Shown: in pieces, positions 13,230-25,627 of the stretch | How the letters are laid out: every line of letters starts with the position of its first letter | Numbering within the stretch: position 1 is the first letter of the stretch | Source of the DNA: the human T2T-CHM13v2.0 reference genome, Homo sapiens | DNA: 64,000 nucleotides | Assembly (NCBI RefSeq): GCF_009914755.1 | Contig: NC_060936.1 | Reading direction: 5' to 3' (one strand) | Position numbers and translations under genes: made by a program | The notes under the pieces: generated by a model | Told to the model about the DNA's origin: nothing | The model's input: only the letters and a program-made list of their open reading frames with translations | The model's database searches: none

Positions 13230-14490
13230 ATACCTTCTGACATGATGAAATGTTGGTAAGGATGTGAAGTGATGAGAATTCTCTTACACTGCTGGTAGGA
13301 ATGTGAACTGGCATAACCACTTTGGAAACGTGTTTGGCAGTACTAAAGCTAAACATCCCTATACCATAGGATACAGACATTCCATTCCTAAGTACACACC
13401 TTCAGGAGCTGAATGCTCATTTCTTTTTTTTTTTTCTTTTTTTAAATTATACCTTAAGTTCTGGGATACATGTGCAGAACGTGCAGGTTTGTTACATAGG
13501 TATACTTGTGCCATGGTGGTTTGCTGCACCCATCAACCCGTCATCTACATTAGGTATTTCTCCTAATGCTATCCCTCCCCCAGCCCCCCTCCCCCCGACA
13601 GGCCCCAGTATGTGATGTTCCCCTCCATGTGTCCATGTGTTCTCACTGTCCAACTCCCACTTACGAGCAAGAATATGCAGTGTTTGGTTTTCTGTTTCTA
13701 TGTTAATTTGCTGAGAATGATGGTTTCCCCTTCATCCATGTTCCTGCTAAGGACATGAACTTATCCTTTTTTATGGCTGCATAGTATTCCATGGTGAATA
13801 TGTACCACATTCTTTTTAAAATCCAGTCTATCACTGATGGGCATTTGGGTTGGTTCCAAGTCTTTGCTATTGTGAATAGTGCTGCAATAAACATACGTGT
13901 GCATGTGCCTTTAGAGTAAAATGATTTATCATCCTTTGGGTATATACCCAGTAATGGGATTGTTGGGTGAAATGGTATTTCTGGTTCTAGATCCTGAAGA
14001 CACATGTGCAGAAAGGTGCAGAGACAAGTTATGCATAACAGTCCCACACTGGAAGCAACTCAAATATCCACCCATAGAATAGACAAATAATGTGTTGTAT
14101 ATTCATATAATGGATACTATGCAGCAACAACAACAAAATGAAAATACTCATTTATAAAAAACATAGATACATCTCCCTGATGCTATTTTGATGAAAAGAA
14201 ACCAGGCACAAAATAGTATGTACTATATGACTTCATTTGTATGAAGTCCAAAAACAGAGACACAAGTCCCTGGATTTAGAGGTCGGGATACTTCTTTTCC
14301 TGGGGTGGGTGTAGGTACTGGCTTGGAGGGGACATGAGGGCATCTGTTGGGAAGAAGGAGATGTTCTGTCCTCGGATCTGACACCTGTATAAGCGACTGC
14401 ATCATATGTTCCATTTCATTGCACTGCATATTACGGCTTTTGTGCTTGTGTTGTACATGGGATAGCTCAGTGATGAGTAATTTTAAAAAA
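13230..14490 (+). mobile_element. L1ME-like 3' end, host of nested L1PA
   Basis: TGTTGGTAAGGATGTG..CACTTTGGAAA before the insert; CTGGAAGCAACTCAAATATCCA and TATATGACTTCATTTGTATGAAGT after. Confidence 0.75.
13421..13997 (-). mobile_element. L1PA7/8-like 3' fragment
   Basis: TTAAGTTCTGGGATACATGTGCAGAACGTGCAGG 3' end; ORF 13703-14047 carries ORF2 C-terminal text. Confidence 0.9.
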
Positions 14491-15134
14491 TATCCCTACA
14501 TCACCATTCAATTAAGTGTCGAAAAGAAATAAAACTGCAAACAAAACATGAAAAGGATCACTGAGACGTAATTTCACAGAGCAATAAATCTATTCATCAG
14601 TTCCATGTACAATAGGACACATGGAATCTGCTTTGAAGGTTTCTTATTGCAATTCTCTGCAGGATCACTTTGGCCATCTCTGCTGTCCGTGATCTTCTCA
14701 TTCTAAGCCTCCAGGTTTTATGCCCAGCATAGGATTAAAAATAGTCCAGTAGCTACAAGATGTACACTTTCCTTGCAAGACTTTCCTCGACAGTCAATGT
14801 TGCTGGGAGCCAGGTAGAAAAGAGAGTGAAGGAGCATTTGGGACATTGGGAATTACTGAATAAATGAGAGTAGTCAGAGAGTTTCTGTCTAAACTAAATG
14901 CTCATATCTGGTAACAGACAAATCCCAGTAAGAATAGCTCAGCCGAAATATCTGATGGCCAATATTCTGTTTGTATTTTATTATGAGTCATTATTTTTAA
15001 ACATTTAGTTTTTCCCTCCTCTTTTTCTCTTTACCCCCTTTCTCTCCTCCATTCAAGCATCAACTATTCTATTCTGTTCTCAATGTCCAGCATAAAGGTG
15101 AATGGACATAAACTGTTCTCCAAGCACTGGAGTT

Positions 15135-15444
15135 GTTTTTTGTTTTTTATTTTTGAGACGGAGACGGAATCTCACTCTATTGCCCAGGTTGGAGTGCAGT
15201 GGCATGATCTCAGCTTGCTACAACCTCCCCCTCCTGGGTTCAAGTGATTCTCCTGCCTCAGCCTTCTAAGTAGCTGAGAACAGGTGCCCGCCATCACAAC
15301 TGGCTAATTTTTGTATTTTTTAGTAGAGACAGGGTTTCACCATGTTGACCAGGCTGGTCTGGAACTGCTGACCTCAAGTGATCCACCTGCCTCGGCCTCC
15401 CAAAGTGCTGGGATTACTACAGGCGTGAGCCACTGTGACTGGCC
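15135..15444 (-). mobile_element. AluS (Sx/Sz)
   Basis: Full dimer; TSD TGGAGTT(G/T)TTTT. Confidence 0.93.
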
Positions 15445-16728
15445 TGGAGTTTTTTTTAAGTGTTGTAAATTTTACTAAATTTTATTTTCCAAATATGTGC
15501 TGACCTTTCTTTGGTAGGATTATCCTTTCCTGCCTTGTGGAAATCAGGCTTGGATGTGTGCTTTGCTTTAATCCATGACAGGTGAGCGAAAGTGACGTAT
15601 GGCATCTGGGGCAGATGCTTGAAGGATTATGTCATGGTTCCAAGATCTCTGTTTTCCGTGTTCCCCAAGACAAACATGTCCCCAATGGGAGGAGCTATTT
15701 TGCTCTCATCCCAGAATGAAAAAGAGGTGTTATTTGGCGAAGCCTGACCAAGTACGGGTGTGCAATGAGAGGACAACGCCAACCTCTGTTGTCATGAGCC
15801 TCCGTGATTCCAGCACACTTCTTACCTAAACTCACTTTTACCAAAGCTAGTCCAACAGGAAACAAAATGCTCCTGAGCACAAAAGAAGTAAAAGATTTTG
15901 GAGTATCCATGATAACATGAAAGTGGGACTTTCTGTTCTCAGGATGAAAAAACACTTCCTCAAAAGGGGCAAGGTGGGTATTTGAGAGGAAAACAAGGGG
16001 GTAATGGAGATGGTGAGTGTCTGAACCAAAAGGCCAGTTCTGTTTCTCTGTGTTCCAGAGACTGGATGCTACAAACTCTGAAGAGATCTGGAGAGTGAAA
16101 AGACGGCCATTCTGTGACTCACTTTTTACTTAGAAGTCAGAACTCAGACAGGAAATGATCACGTGGCGCGTGGAGGCAAATAAGATCTTAAACAACAGTG
16201 TGGGGTTTCTCTAGGCTCGGTGACCTAAGAGCAGAATACACTTCTCATATATCCCATAATAGCATGGGCATATCTAAGAGGTTATTAGGTTTGGAGGTGA
16301 CTTGTGGATGGGAAATATCCATAGTGTAGATAAATCTGTACCAACCCATAGCTGAAGCCCAGGCAGACACAAGATGCCTGCTGATGTCTGCTGGCTACAT
16401 GACGGATGCAGATACCCTTTTACTTCCCTCTCGAACGCTGACAATGGCAAGCTACGCAGGATGTATAGAGAGTTCTACACACAGGCTTGAAGCCTGGGTT
16501 GGCAGGGGGAGTGCGTGGAAGAACCTGAGAGAATGGAGACTAATGTGCATCTGGGCAACAGAGTGGATGTTTGCAACAGAAATTAAAAATAACCATGGAA
16601 ACATCATGTGAAGTCTTGCTCATGTGGGTTTTTAGATCGGATTTGCATCCATTATTATGGCATTTACCAATTATCGTTGAGGTCTTCACTTGTCCAGCTT
16701 TGATGAGTGCTTTGATGCATTGGGTGAC

Positions 16729-18017
16729 ATATAAGTCAGGGTCTAGTCGAGCTACCATCTAGAGTTCAATAGAGGGAACTTAATCCAGGGCACTGGTTTA
16801 GAAGATGCTGGATGTTCACTAAGATTTGCAAGATTGCATGCACATACCTGTATATATGCAGCATTTCTGTAAAAACTTCCAAACAACCTCTCACCTGAGG
16901 TTTCAGCATCAGGAAAGGGTAGAGTCTCGTGACTCTTAAGTGCAGGATCATTTCTCCATTAACACATATGCAAGGAGCCTTCTCCCAAGAGCGAGTGCAC
17001 TAGTTACCTGGGTAGATGTAGACCCAGGTGTTGCCCGCACGGTATGAGAAGAACTAGAAACCATAAGAGGAACTGTTAAGGCCACTTGTGAATGGCGCAT
17101 CTCTAGTGATGAAGGCAACAGGCAGGAGGTGATCCCAAACCAGAAACTAGAGATGCCTGCGAGGAGCTGAAATCAAACCAGAGACTGTTTGCGGGAGCTG
17201 GAGGTACAGAGGAGATACAGCCACTGTGTGAGACACTGTCCAAAACACAGAGAAGGAGAAATAGCCTGACTTCTGCTTTCTCCTTGCCCTTTAAACTCCC
17301 ACTCTTTGATCCAGCAATCCCACTACTGGGTGTATACTCAAAGGAAAATAAGTTGTTCTACCAAAAAGAGCCCTGTGCCCATATGCTCACTGCAGTACTA
17401 TTCATAATAGCAGCTACGGAACCGACCCAGGTACCCAGCAACAGTGGAGTAAATAAAGAAAATGTCACACATATACACTGTGGAATCTTACACAGTGATA
17501 AAAAAATAATGAAATCATTGCCTTTGCAGCAACATGGATGCAGTGGGAGGCTGTTACCTTAAGCAAAGTGGCGCAGAAACAGAAAACTCAATAATGCATG
17601 TTCTCGCTTATGAGAGCGGTGCACTGGGTACTCATGGACATAAAGATGGCAACAGTCGGCCTGGAGGCTACTAGAAGCAAGAGATAAGGAGAGAGGCAAG
17701 GCTTGAAAAACTACCCATTGGGTTCTATGCTCACTTCCTGGGTGACAGATTCAATTGCACCCCAACCCCCAGTGTTACCCAATATTCCCATGTAACAAAC
17801 CTACACATGTACCCCCGGAATCTAAAACAAAAGTTGCAAAAGAAAAACAAAAGCCTGCAACGCTTGTCTTTCATTGGCCAAATCTTTCCAGCAGCCAGTG
17901 GGCAATGGAGCCTGAGAATCAGAGTTTGCATTGACACATTCTGTTAGATTCAGAGCAGAGAAGGGAAGGTGTGGAGAAGGGATATGTGAGCACCGTGCGG
18001 GCAACACCTGGTCCTAC
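16729..18017 (-). mobile_element. LTR33-like ERVL LTR, interrupted twice
   Basis: Antisense motifs AGTCAGGGTCTAG..AGAGGGAACTTAATCCAGGG; GGAGAAATAGCCTGACTTCT; CATTGGCCAAATC..GGAGCCTG; CAGAGCAGAGAAGGGAAGG. Confidence 0.6.
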
Positions 18018-18145
18018 ATCTACCCAGGTAATTAGTGCACTTGCTCTTGGGAGAAGGCTCCATGCGTATGTGTTAATGGAGAAACGATCCTGGACTTAAG
18101 AGTCCCAAGACTCTACCCTTTCCAGATGCTGAAACCTCAGGTAAG
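16890..18145. repeat. Inverted repeat pair, 154-bp arms (16890-17043 and 17992-18145)
   Basis: Ungapped reverse-complement alignment by hand, 142/154 identical, 948-bp spacer. Confidence 0.95.
17300..17852 (+). mobile_element. L1PB-like 3' end
   Basis: TTTGATCCAGCAATCCCACTACTGGG; TGAAAAACTACCCATTGGG; ATGTACCCCCGGAATCTAAAA + A-tail. Confidence 0.85.
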
Positions 18146-18543
18146 TCACTCAAGAGTCCCGACCTCCTGAGAGATGAAATATGCAAATTAAAGGGGGAAG
18201 CTAGGACTCCAAAAGTGGTTAGTGAGTGGTAGAGTCTTCTGAATATCTACTGCATATGCATCCCATTCTCCTTCCGTCTTGTCACAGAGTATCTTGAGTG
18301 GTATGACCAGCATGGAGTGGGATGTGCTAGAAGCGGTTATAGTCTCAAAGCTCAGCAAAGTCTAGAAAGGCATTTATCTGATGAATAATACTGGAATCCA
18401 TGCCCAGCCTCATGTAAGTCATACTTGGGTAAGATTGGATATAGCCTAAAACTGGACCAGAAAGGAGTCAAATACATCTCATGGATGACCCAGAGTCCTT
18501 CAAACGCCTTATGTGTATTCATCTTGGTGTCTGCAAGAGGTAC

Positions 18544-18947
18544 TGTTTTGGACGCCATGGTGTGCTGCCGAGGTCACTCCTGTAGGAGGGAGGTGACGGT
18601 GGCTGACAACCTCTGAAATTTCCCCCAGCTGAAGACAGCATACCTCGCCCAAGATCATGCTCCCTCCCAGGTGAACACATCCTCCAGTGACTCCTCAGGG
18701 TGGGGTGGAGAGGCCAGGCACCCTTGCTTCAGGGTGGGGCATCTTTGAAGGGCCAGCCCACTCCAGAGCTCCCCTTGGGGTCGGCTGAGGCTGTTGTTGA
18801 AACTGCCTCAGAGTTCAGCTCCTGCCTCTTTCCAATCCGGCTTCCTCCTCTCCTCTACAAGTTGCTTCCAAGGGTAAAACCCCCAAAGCACCCTGCACAC
18901 AAATCTCCATCTCAGAGCCTGCTTCCTGCGCAACTCCTCTGAAGACA
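18544..18947 (+). mobile_element. LTR16A-like ERVL LTR
   Basis: CCAGAGCTCCCC..GGGGTCGGCTGAGGC; CCTGCACACAAATCTCCATCTCAGAG..AAGACA. Confidence 0.75.
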
Positions 18948-19636
18948 AGTGTGTCTTTCAGCAGTGAGATTCTGAAGGTGAGCCGCCTCCCCGACCGTAT
19001 CCCACACCTCAAGGTCTATGTCAATCTCTGGGCATCGCAAGTCTCTAGTATTTGAACTGTTAAGTCCCATTCTGATATCATCAAAAACTGCTTTATACAC
19101 ACTCTGATCTGATGATAAATATGAGAAGATAAAAGCTGAGTTTGGTGAGCGATGGCCCACAGCCGAGGAACCGTGACGCAAGGCTGTCCTTGGATACCCT
19201 CTCCATCTCCCTCCCTCCCACTCCTGGACTTGTCGTCCCTGGCTCCAGTTCTGGCTCTCCCCCTTCTCCCTTCCTCTTTCTCTGTTCTTTCCATCTCCAT
19301 TTCCTTTCACCCCTCACTCATCTCTCTCCCAAAGTTAATATATTTCTTAATTTCCTAAACAACATTGTTCTCCCTTTCCCTGCTTTCAGCTCCCCCTTCT
19401 CTGGAGTGCCATCTCTCCCTGCTTCTGTGCACGTAGTTCAGAGGATGTGTGTCCTTCTCAGATCTGAATATGAGTGTGCAAGCCAGGCCTGATCAATACA
19501 CGTTTCACATTCTTTGTCGATAATGATTGTTTTTTGGTATGGCCACATGGCCCAAATGACTGCAGTCATCAAAACTGCAAATTTTAGTTTTCTGAATTGA
19601 CAAGGAAAAGATTTGCTTTCTTAAGAATAAAGGTAC

Positions 19637-21165
19637 AATAAGGTCACACACCTACAACTATCTGATCTTCAAGAAAATTGACAAGCAATGGGGAAAGGAC
19701 TCCCCTTTTCCCAATAAATGATGCTGGGATAACCGGCTAGCCATATGCAGAAAATTGAAACTGGACCCTTTCCTTCCACTGCAGAGAAAAATTCACTCAA
19801 GATGGATGAAAGACTTAAATGTAAAACCCACAACTATAAAAACCCAGGAAGAAAACCTAGGCAGTACCATTCAGGACATAGGCACAGCAAAGATTTCATG
19901 ATGAAGACATCAAAAGCAATTGTGACAAAAGCAAAAATTGACAAATGGGATCTATTAAACTAATAGATCTTCTGCACAACAAAAGAAACTACCAGCAGAG
20001 TAAACAGACAACTTACGGAATGGGGGAAAATTTTTGTAACAATACATTCGACAAAGGCCTAATATCCAGTATTCATAAGGAACTTAAACAAATTTAGAAG
20101 AAAAACAACAAGCAACCCCATTAAAAAAGTGGGCAAAGGACATGAACAGAGATTATTTTATTTTATTTAAGTTCTGGGATACATGTGCAGGTTTGTTACG
20201 TAGGTAAACGTGTGCCATGGTGGTTTGCTGCACCTGTCAGCCCATTGCCTAGATATTAAGCTGGACATGCATTAGCTATTTTTCCTGATGCTCTCCCCCT
20301 CCCCGCCCTCCTCTGACAGGCCCCAGTTGTGTTGTTCCCCTCTCTTTGTCCGTGTATTCTCATGAACAGACACTTTTCCAAAGAAGACATACATGCAGCC
20401 AACATGCATATGAAAAAGGCCCAACATCACTGATCATTAGAGAAATGCAAATCAAAACCACAATGAGAGGCCATCTCATACCAGTCAGAATGGCTACTAT
20501 CAAAAAGTCAAAAATTAACAGATGCTGGAGAGGTTGTGGAGAAATAGGAATGCTTACACACTGTTGGTGGAAATGTAAACTAGTTCAACCATTGTGGAAA
20601 ACAGTGTGATGATTCCTCAAAGAACTACAAACAAAACTACTATTTGACCCAGAAATCCCATTACTAGGTATATACACAGATAAATGTAAATTGTTCTATT
20701 ATAATGACTCATGCACATGAATGTTCATTGCAGCACTATTCACAAAAGCAAAGACATGGAATCAACCTAAATATCCATCAATGAAAGACTGGATAAAGAA
20801 AATGTGGTATATAAACACCATGAAAGAACAATATCATGTCCTTTGCAGCAACATGGATAGAGCTGGAGGCCATTATCCTTAGCAAACTAATGCAGAAACA
20901 GAAAACCAAATACCACATATTCTCACTTATAAGTGGGAGCTAAATGATGAGAACACATGGACACAAAGAGGGGAACAACACACTGGGGACTATGGGAGGG
21001 TGGAGTGTGGGAGGAAGGAGAGAATCAAGAAAAATAACTAATGGGTACTAGGCTTAATACCCGAGTGACTGAATAATCTCCACAACAAACCCCCAAGATA
21101 CAAGTTTACCTATCCTGCACATGTACCCCTGAACTCAAAATCAAATTAAGTTAAATTTTATAAAA
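19637..21165 (+). mobile_element. L1PA13-16-like 3' 1.3 kb
   Basis: Degenerate ORF2 C-terminus, AAAAATAACTAATGGGTACTAGGCTTAATACC 3' UTR; AAAGGTAC on both flanks. Confidence 0.9.
20151..20360 (-). mobile_element. Nested L1PA8-11-like 3' tip
   Basis: Antisense 3' UTR with TSD CATGAACAGA at 20141-20150 and 20361-20370. Confidence 0.9.
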
Positions 21166-21477
21166 AGGTACTAGACTGTAAGCCTCTAGATTCTGGGGAC
21201 TGTCTTTTCACTGCCTTGTCTGTTTGTCTGAGACTGAAGCTAACCTAAAGGAAAGGGAGATGAAGGAGAGAGGTGAAATTATAATCTCATCCCATGAACC
21301 CCTGGATCCAGCTGTGCCTGAAGCCCCTCCCTCTGAATTTTCCAGGTCATGGGTTCATTAAGCCAGCATGGGTTGGACTTCTGTCACTTCCATCTTAAAG
21401 CTCTGGAGTTCACCCAAATAAACCACCCATAGTCACAGTTCACAGTATCACCTCCATTGGCAATTTGTATTCTTACT

Positions 21478-21860
21478 TGTTGCAGGTCAGGTTCCCAAGT
21501 AGCAGACGCTGAGATGCATTTATGTGCAGGAAGTTATTGGGATAAACCTCTGCAGGGGAATGAAGGAAGCAGAACAAGGTAGAGGGAAAAATCAGACTGT
21601 GATGCCGGTGCAGCAAAGTCCTCAGCGTATCCCCGGGGAGGTGTAGACCTGAGGTGTCCCTGCAGGGTTACTCCAAATTGGTACCAGGGGCTGGGACTTT
21701 ATACAGCTCTACCAGTCGCTGGCTCAGAAAAGGGAGAGAAGCTTGAGCAAGGTGGCTCCCTGCTGTTGAGGGCAAGTGCAAAAGACGGGCTCAGGTGATA
21801 GGTGTTGGTTCTCAATGCTTCTAGCAGCTGGTGGATGTAGGGGGATTTGAGAACCAGAAT
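21478..21860 (-). mobile_element. LTR16-like LTR
   Basis: GGTCAGGTTCCC..AGCAGACGCTGAGATG..TGCAGGAAGTTATTGGG. Confidence 0.7.
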
Positions 21861-23908
21861 ACTGAGCTGGTGGAACTGGGTGGTCACAAAGCCACTCACC
21901 CATGGTACGCTGAGTCCTTGAGGGCACACAGAAGGGGGCACTGTTAGAGAGGATGTGGTGTGACTTGGTTAGCCCTTCCATCCCTAATTCCTAGGAATAT
22001 CAGGTATCCCTGCAGAATATTGATGTCAGGCTTTTTGCAACAGGTGTTGTGCACTGTACCCTCCGGAGCTGTGCTAATTCCTAAGCAGAAACACTCTGGC
22101 GTATTCATTCAAAGATATTTATGGAGAATACGATGTCTCAGGAATTGGGTCATAGCAGGAATGAGAGAGACAAGATCTCTGTCCTTATGGGGAATAAAGG
22201 CATTAAATCCTTACACACATAACCTATGTTTATTAATTGATATTTAATGTCCATTTTGTCCCGTTAACACTTCTCAAATCTCTGCTCTTGAAGATCTCAG
22301 TCCTCCCTACCTCCTAAGCAGAGATGAATGATAAAAATATTCACAGCATTACTGCTTCCCATGCCATGGTGAGGACAGGTGCTGTGTAAAACTGATTAAA
22401 AGAGGGAAATTAAGAGCTGCTGTCAAAAATATATTCCAGGCTTTGATTTTTCACAATTTCCCCCTCTCTTACTTAAAGGAGGAAAAAATGCTGTGGTGGT
22501 GATTTCTTTATTAGAAACAGCGATTGTGCCTGCCAAGTTTTAATCAACTCGCCTGGCCGTGAGACCCGGCTGGCATTAACTGTCTTTAGGAAATAAATGC
22601 TTCGGATATGGAGCATAGTATTAGCAAGCACACAGCAAAGTCCCCAAGCGGACCACACAGAGCATTATCTAACCATCAATTCAAATCTAAAACAAGCTAA
22701 TCTGCAGTGTAGAGAATCCTGCTACTCACACCAGAGTCCCCAGAGCAGAACCTGCCCTTCACCAGCCCAAACCAACCATCTCTCTGTCTCTCTCCTCTCA
22801 TCTTCCCTGACACTGGGAAAGTGACTTGGTGGAGTAGAAACAATTGCAGCCACACTCTCAATTTGCTTTTCCAACCACCGTCCAAAACCCAGCACTTTAT
22901 CCAATTTTTTTTACTGAAGAGGCATTTCTATCTCAGGAAATTGTCTAGGTCAGTCTTCTCACTTCAGTCATTGTAACTGACACTATTATGCAAACGTAAC
23001 CCTTTCATTCAATTCACTTGCTTTCTTTACTAATACATTCATTTTGAAAGGAAGCATTATTACACTACTGTTAAGTGAAAACTGGTATCGTTTGCAATAA
23101 ATAGAAGGGAGACCTAAACACAACCAATAAGAAAATAAAGTGATGTTATTAATCCTAACTACATACTGCCTGCCGAGGGCTCCGCATCTGGACTCGTACT
23201 CTCCCATGAAGAATAACGTAAGCAAACATGAGGATTTAAAGACATCTTGTATGGAACAAAGCCTTTCTCCTTGAGGTAACCAGAATGATGGGAAAAAAAG
23301 CTGAAAAGAGGTTAACTTTCTTGCCAAAAGGTTCATTGCTATCTAAATGATGTCTGTGCACTGTACAAATTAGCTCACTCTCTTTTGAAGAACACTGGGG
23401 TAGTAGTGAAGTTTTCTACATATGCAATAAAATAAATGCACGGTCCTTCCGCAAACCAGAGTGTGTGGTGATGTGGAAACAGCATCAGATTCAGGAGACT
23501 TTGGTTCCTTGTCAACTCCACCACTAAGGAGCTGAGTGATGCCGGCTTAATCACTTGGCCCATCTGGGTACTATTTATCTGATTTGTTATAATCTGCAAG
23601 GTGTCTTTCAGCCTCCAGCAAACAGTGAGTGCTTGACAACAAGAATTATGTCTTATTTATCTATATCTTCAGGATAAGCATGAAATGAGATCGTCTGTGG
23701 CGTTTTCAGCGTAGTGCTTGGCTTCGTAGATGCTCAGGAAGTTTCTGCAGAATGAATGCATGAGGGAATATGGCCCACGGACTGTAGTCTATGTCAGACA
23801 CTTCAGCAAGCACCTCACTCATTAATCTTTTTATTCTTTACAATCATACAGTGTGGTGCCCATTATGTTTGACGGATGCAGAAACTGAGGCTTAGACTGG
23901 CTAAATGA

Positions 23909-24342
23909 TTTTTTCTTCTCTTTTCTAAGTTATGGGGTGTATGTGCAGGTTCGTTACACAGGTAAACTCATGTCACGGGGAGTTGTTGTGCAGATTATTT
24001 CATCATCCAGGTACTAAGCCTAGTACCCACTAGTTATTTTTCCTGATCCTCTCCCTCCTCCCACCCTCCACCCTCCAGTAGGCCCCAGTGGGTGCTGTTC
24101 CCCTCAGTGTGTCCATGGGTTCTCATCATTTAGGTCCCACTTATAAGTGAGAACATTCAGACAACTTGATTTTCTGTTCCTGCATTAGTTTGCTAAGAAT
24201 AATGGAGTCCAGCTCCATCCATGTTGCTGCAAAGGACTTGATTCTCGTTCTTTTTCAAAGCTGCATGGTATTTTATCGCATATACATGCCACATTTTCTT
24301 TATCCAGTCGGTCATTGGTGAGCATTTACGTTGATTCCAATT
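23909..24342 (-). mobile_element. L1PA13-16-like 3' fragment inserted in a MIR
   Basis: GGTACTAAGCCTAGTACCC..TAGTTATTTTTCCTGATCC; MIR GAAACTGAGGCTTAGA upstream. Confidence 0.88.
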
Positions 24343-25627
24343 TTTTTCAAAGTATATAATAAATAGTGAAGTACATTTTAAAAACATTCTTATTTTAAAA
24401 AACTTTAATCATACAGGAAAAATAAAGGGGCTGATACAATGAACACTTGCCCTGCGTGTTAACAGCCATGAGTTCTACCATGTCTGCTCATCTGATGCTC
24501 CAAGCCTAAAGTATTTTGAAGTAATTTACATGAAGCATATTAGTAATTTCTACACTATATTTACTAGTTGTCCCAATGCCAGTAACGTATCATAAATCAA
24601 ATATTTTTAAATGCTCAAAAGTAGTGAGACATAGTAGGTGTCCTGGATCTCTGAAAGAAAGATAATGCCTCCTGGAATTCCACCCAGGCATCAGTAGTGA
24701 ATAAGATAACGGTGAAGACTTTGCAGCTCTGCCTTACCTGCAGGCCACCTTCTTGTTTGTTTTTCTTTTATCTTCCGGATAAAGTGAGATTTCATGGTTC
24801 ACAATGGGAATGGAGTATTGTTAAGAGGGAAGACCCTATGCATTGGCTTTAGGAGCTCCAGAGTTCAAATGTGAGAGCAGTCACCGCATCAGTGTTTGAC
24901 CTGGGGAAAACTGTGTAAGCGCTTGGACCCTTACCTACTCGATGATATAAATGAAAATAAATCAACTTCTTAGGAATGCTTTGAGAATAAGTTAGGTGAT
25001 GTTTAGAGCCATGCTTAGTCCTGCCTGGTGTTAAGGAATGAATAATTAAGGAATGAGTAACCAACCAGCTCAGCTTCTAATCACCGTGCAGAGTTAGGTA
25101 AGGCTGTAGTCTAAATTTCCACTAAACCCGCCAGACTTTCTGAGCTTGCAGAGCAGGAGTTCTAGGTACTGTGGTGCAACACATATTGACAGCTTCAGAT
25201 TTTTGTAGTTCTCTCCTTGGTCAGGCTAGACAGCAATATGGGTACACGGAGTCTCTGCACATGAGTGTTTACTTGTCCAAATTCAACTTCAGATGGTATC
25301 GACCACCAAATCATACAACACCAGGAGTGACAGGAGGTGGAAGTCATGTCCCATTTTCCAGCGTCTCATTGTGTGAAAAATCTCAGCACACCAAGTGTGA
25401 ATCCAGTATTTTAAAATTTGTAAGTTTGATATCGTGTGGTCCTCAGGGAAAGCCAACTACTTCCTCAGGTACACACACAAAACACAGCAACCCCGACTCC
25501 CCAGACAGAAGCAATGGTCTGTTTGGTGCTGGATGACATATGGATATGTTGGATCAGTTTGAAGTGAGTCCGTGGGTCTTGTGATCAAAAGATTTTCAAA
25601 AACAATTTTGACTCTAAAAGAGTTTCA

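Larger units (their letters stand above)
19390..21410 (+). mobile_element. MLT1K-like LTR split by L1
   Basis: 5' half ~19390-19630; 3' half ~21170-21410 with CCTGGATCCAGCTGTGCCTGAAGC and TTAAGCCAG..GTTGGACTTCTGTCACTT. Confidence 0.6.

Noticed and set aside
16540-16758. Possible ERVL pol-like peptide
   Set aside because: Only a vague few-residue resemblance; no catalytic motif
16890-18145. DNA transposon with 154-bp TIRs
   Set aside because: No TSD or known terminal motif; the interior is LTR/L1 sequence that appears to continue outside the left arm
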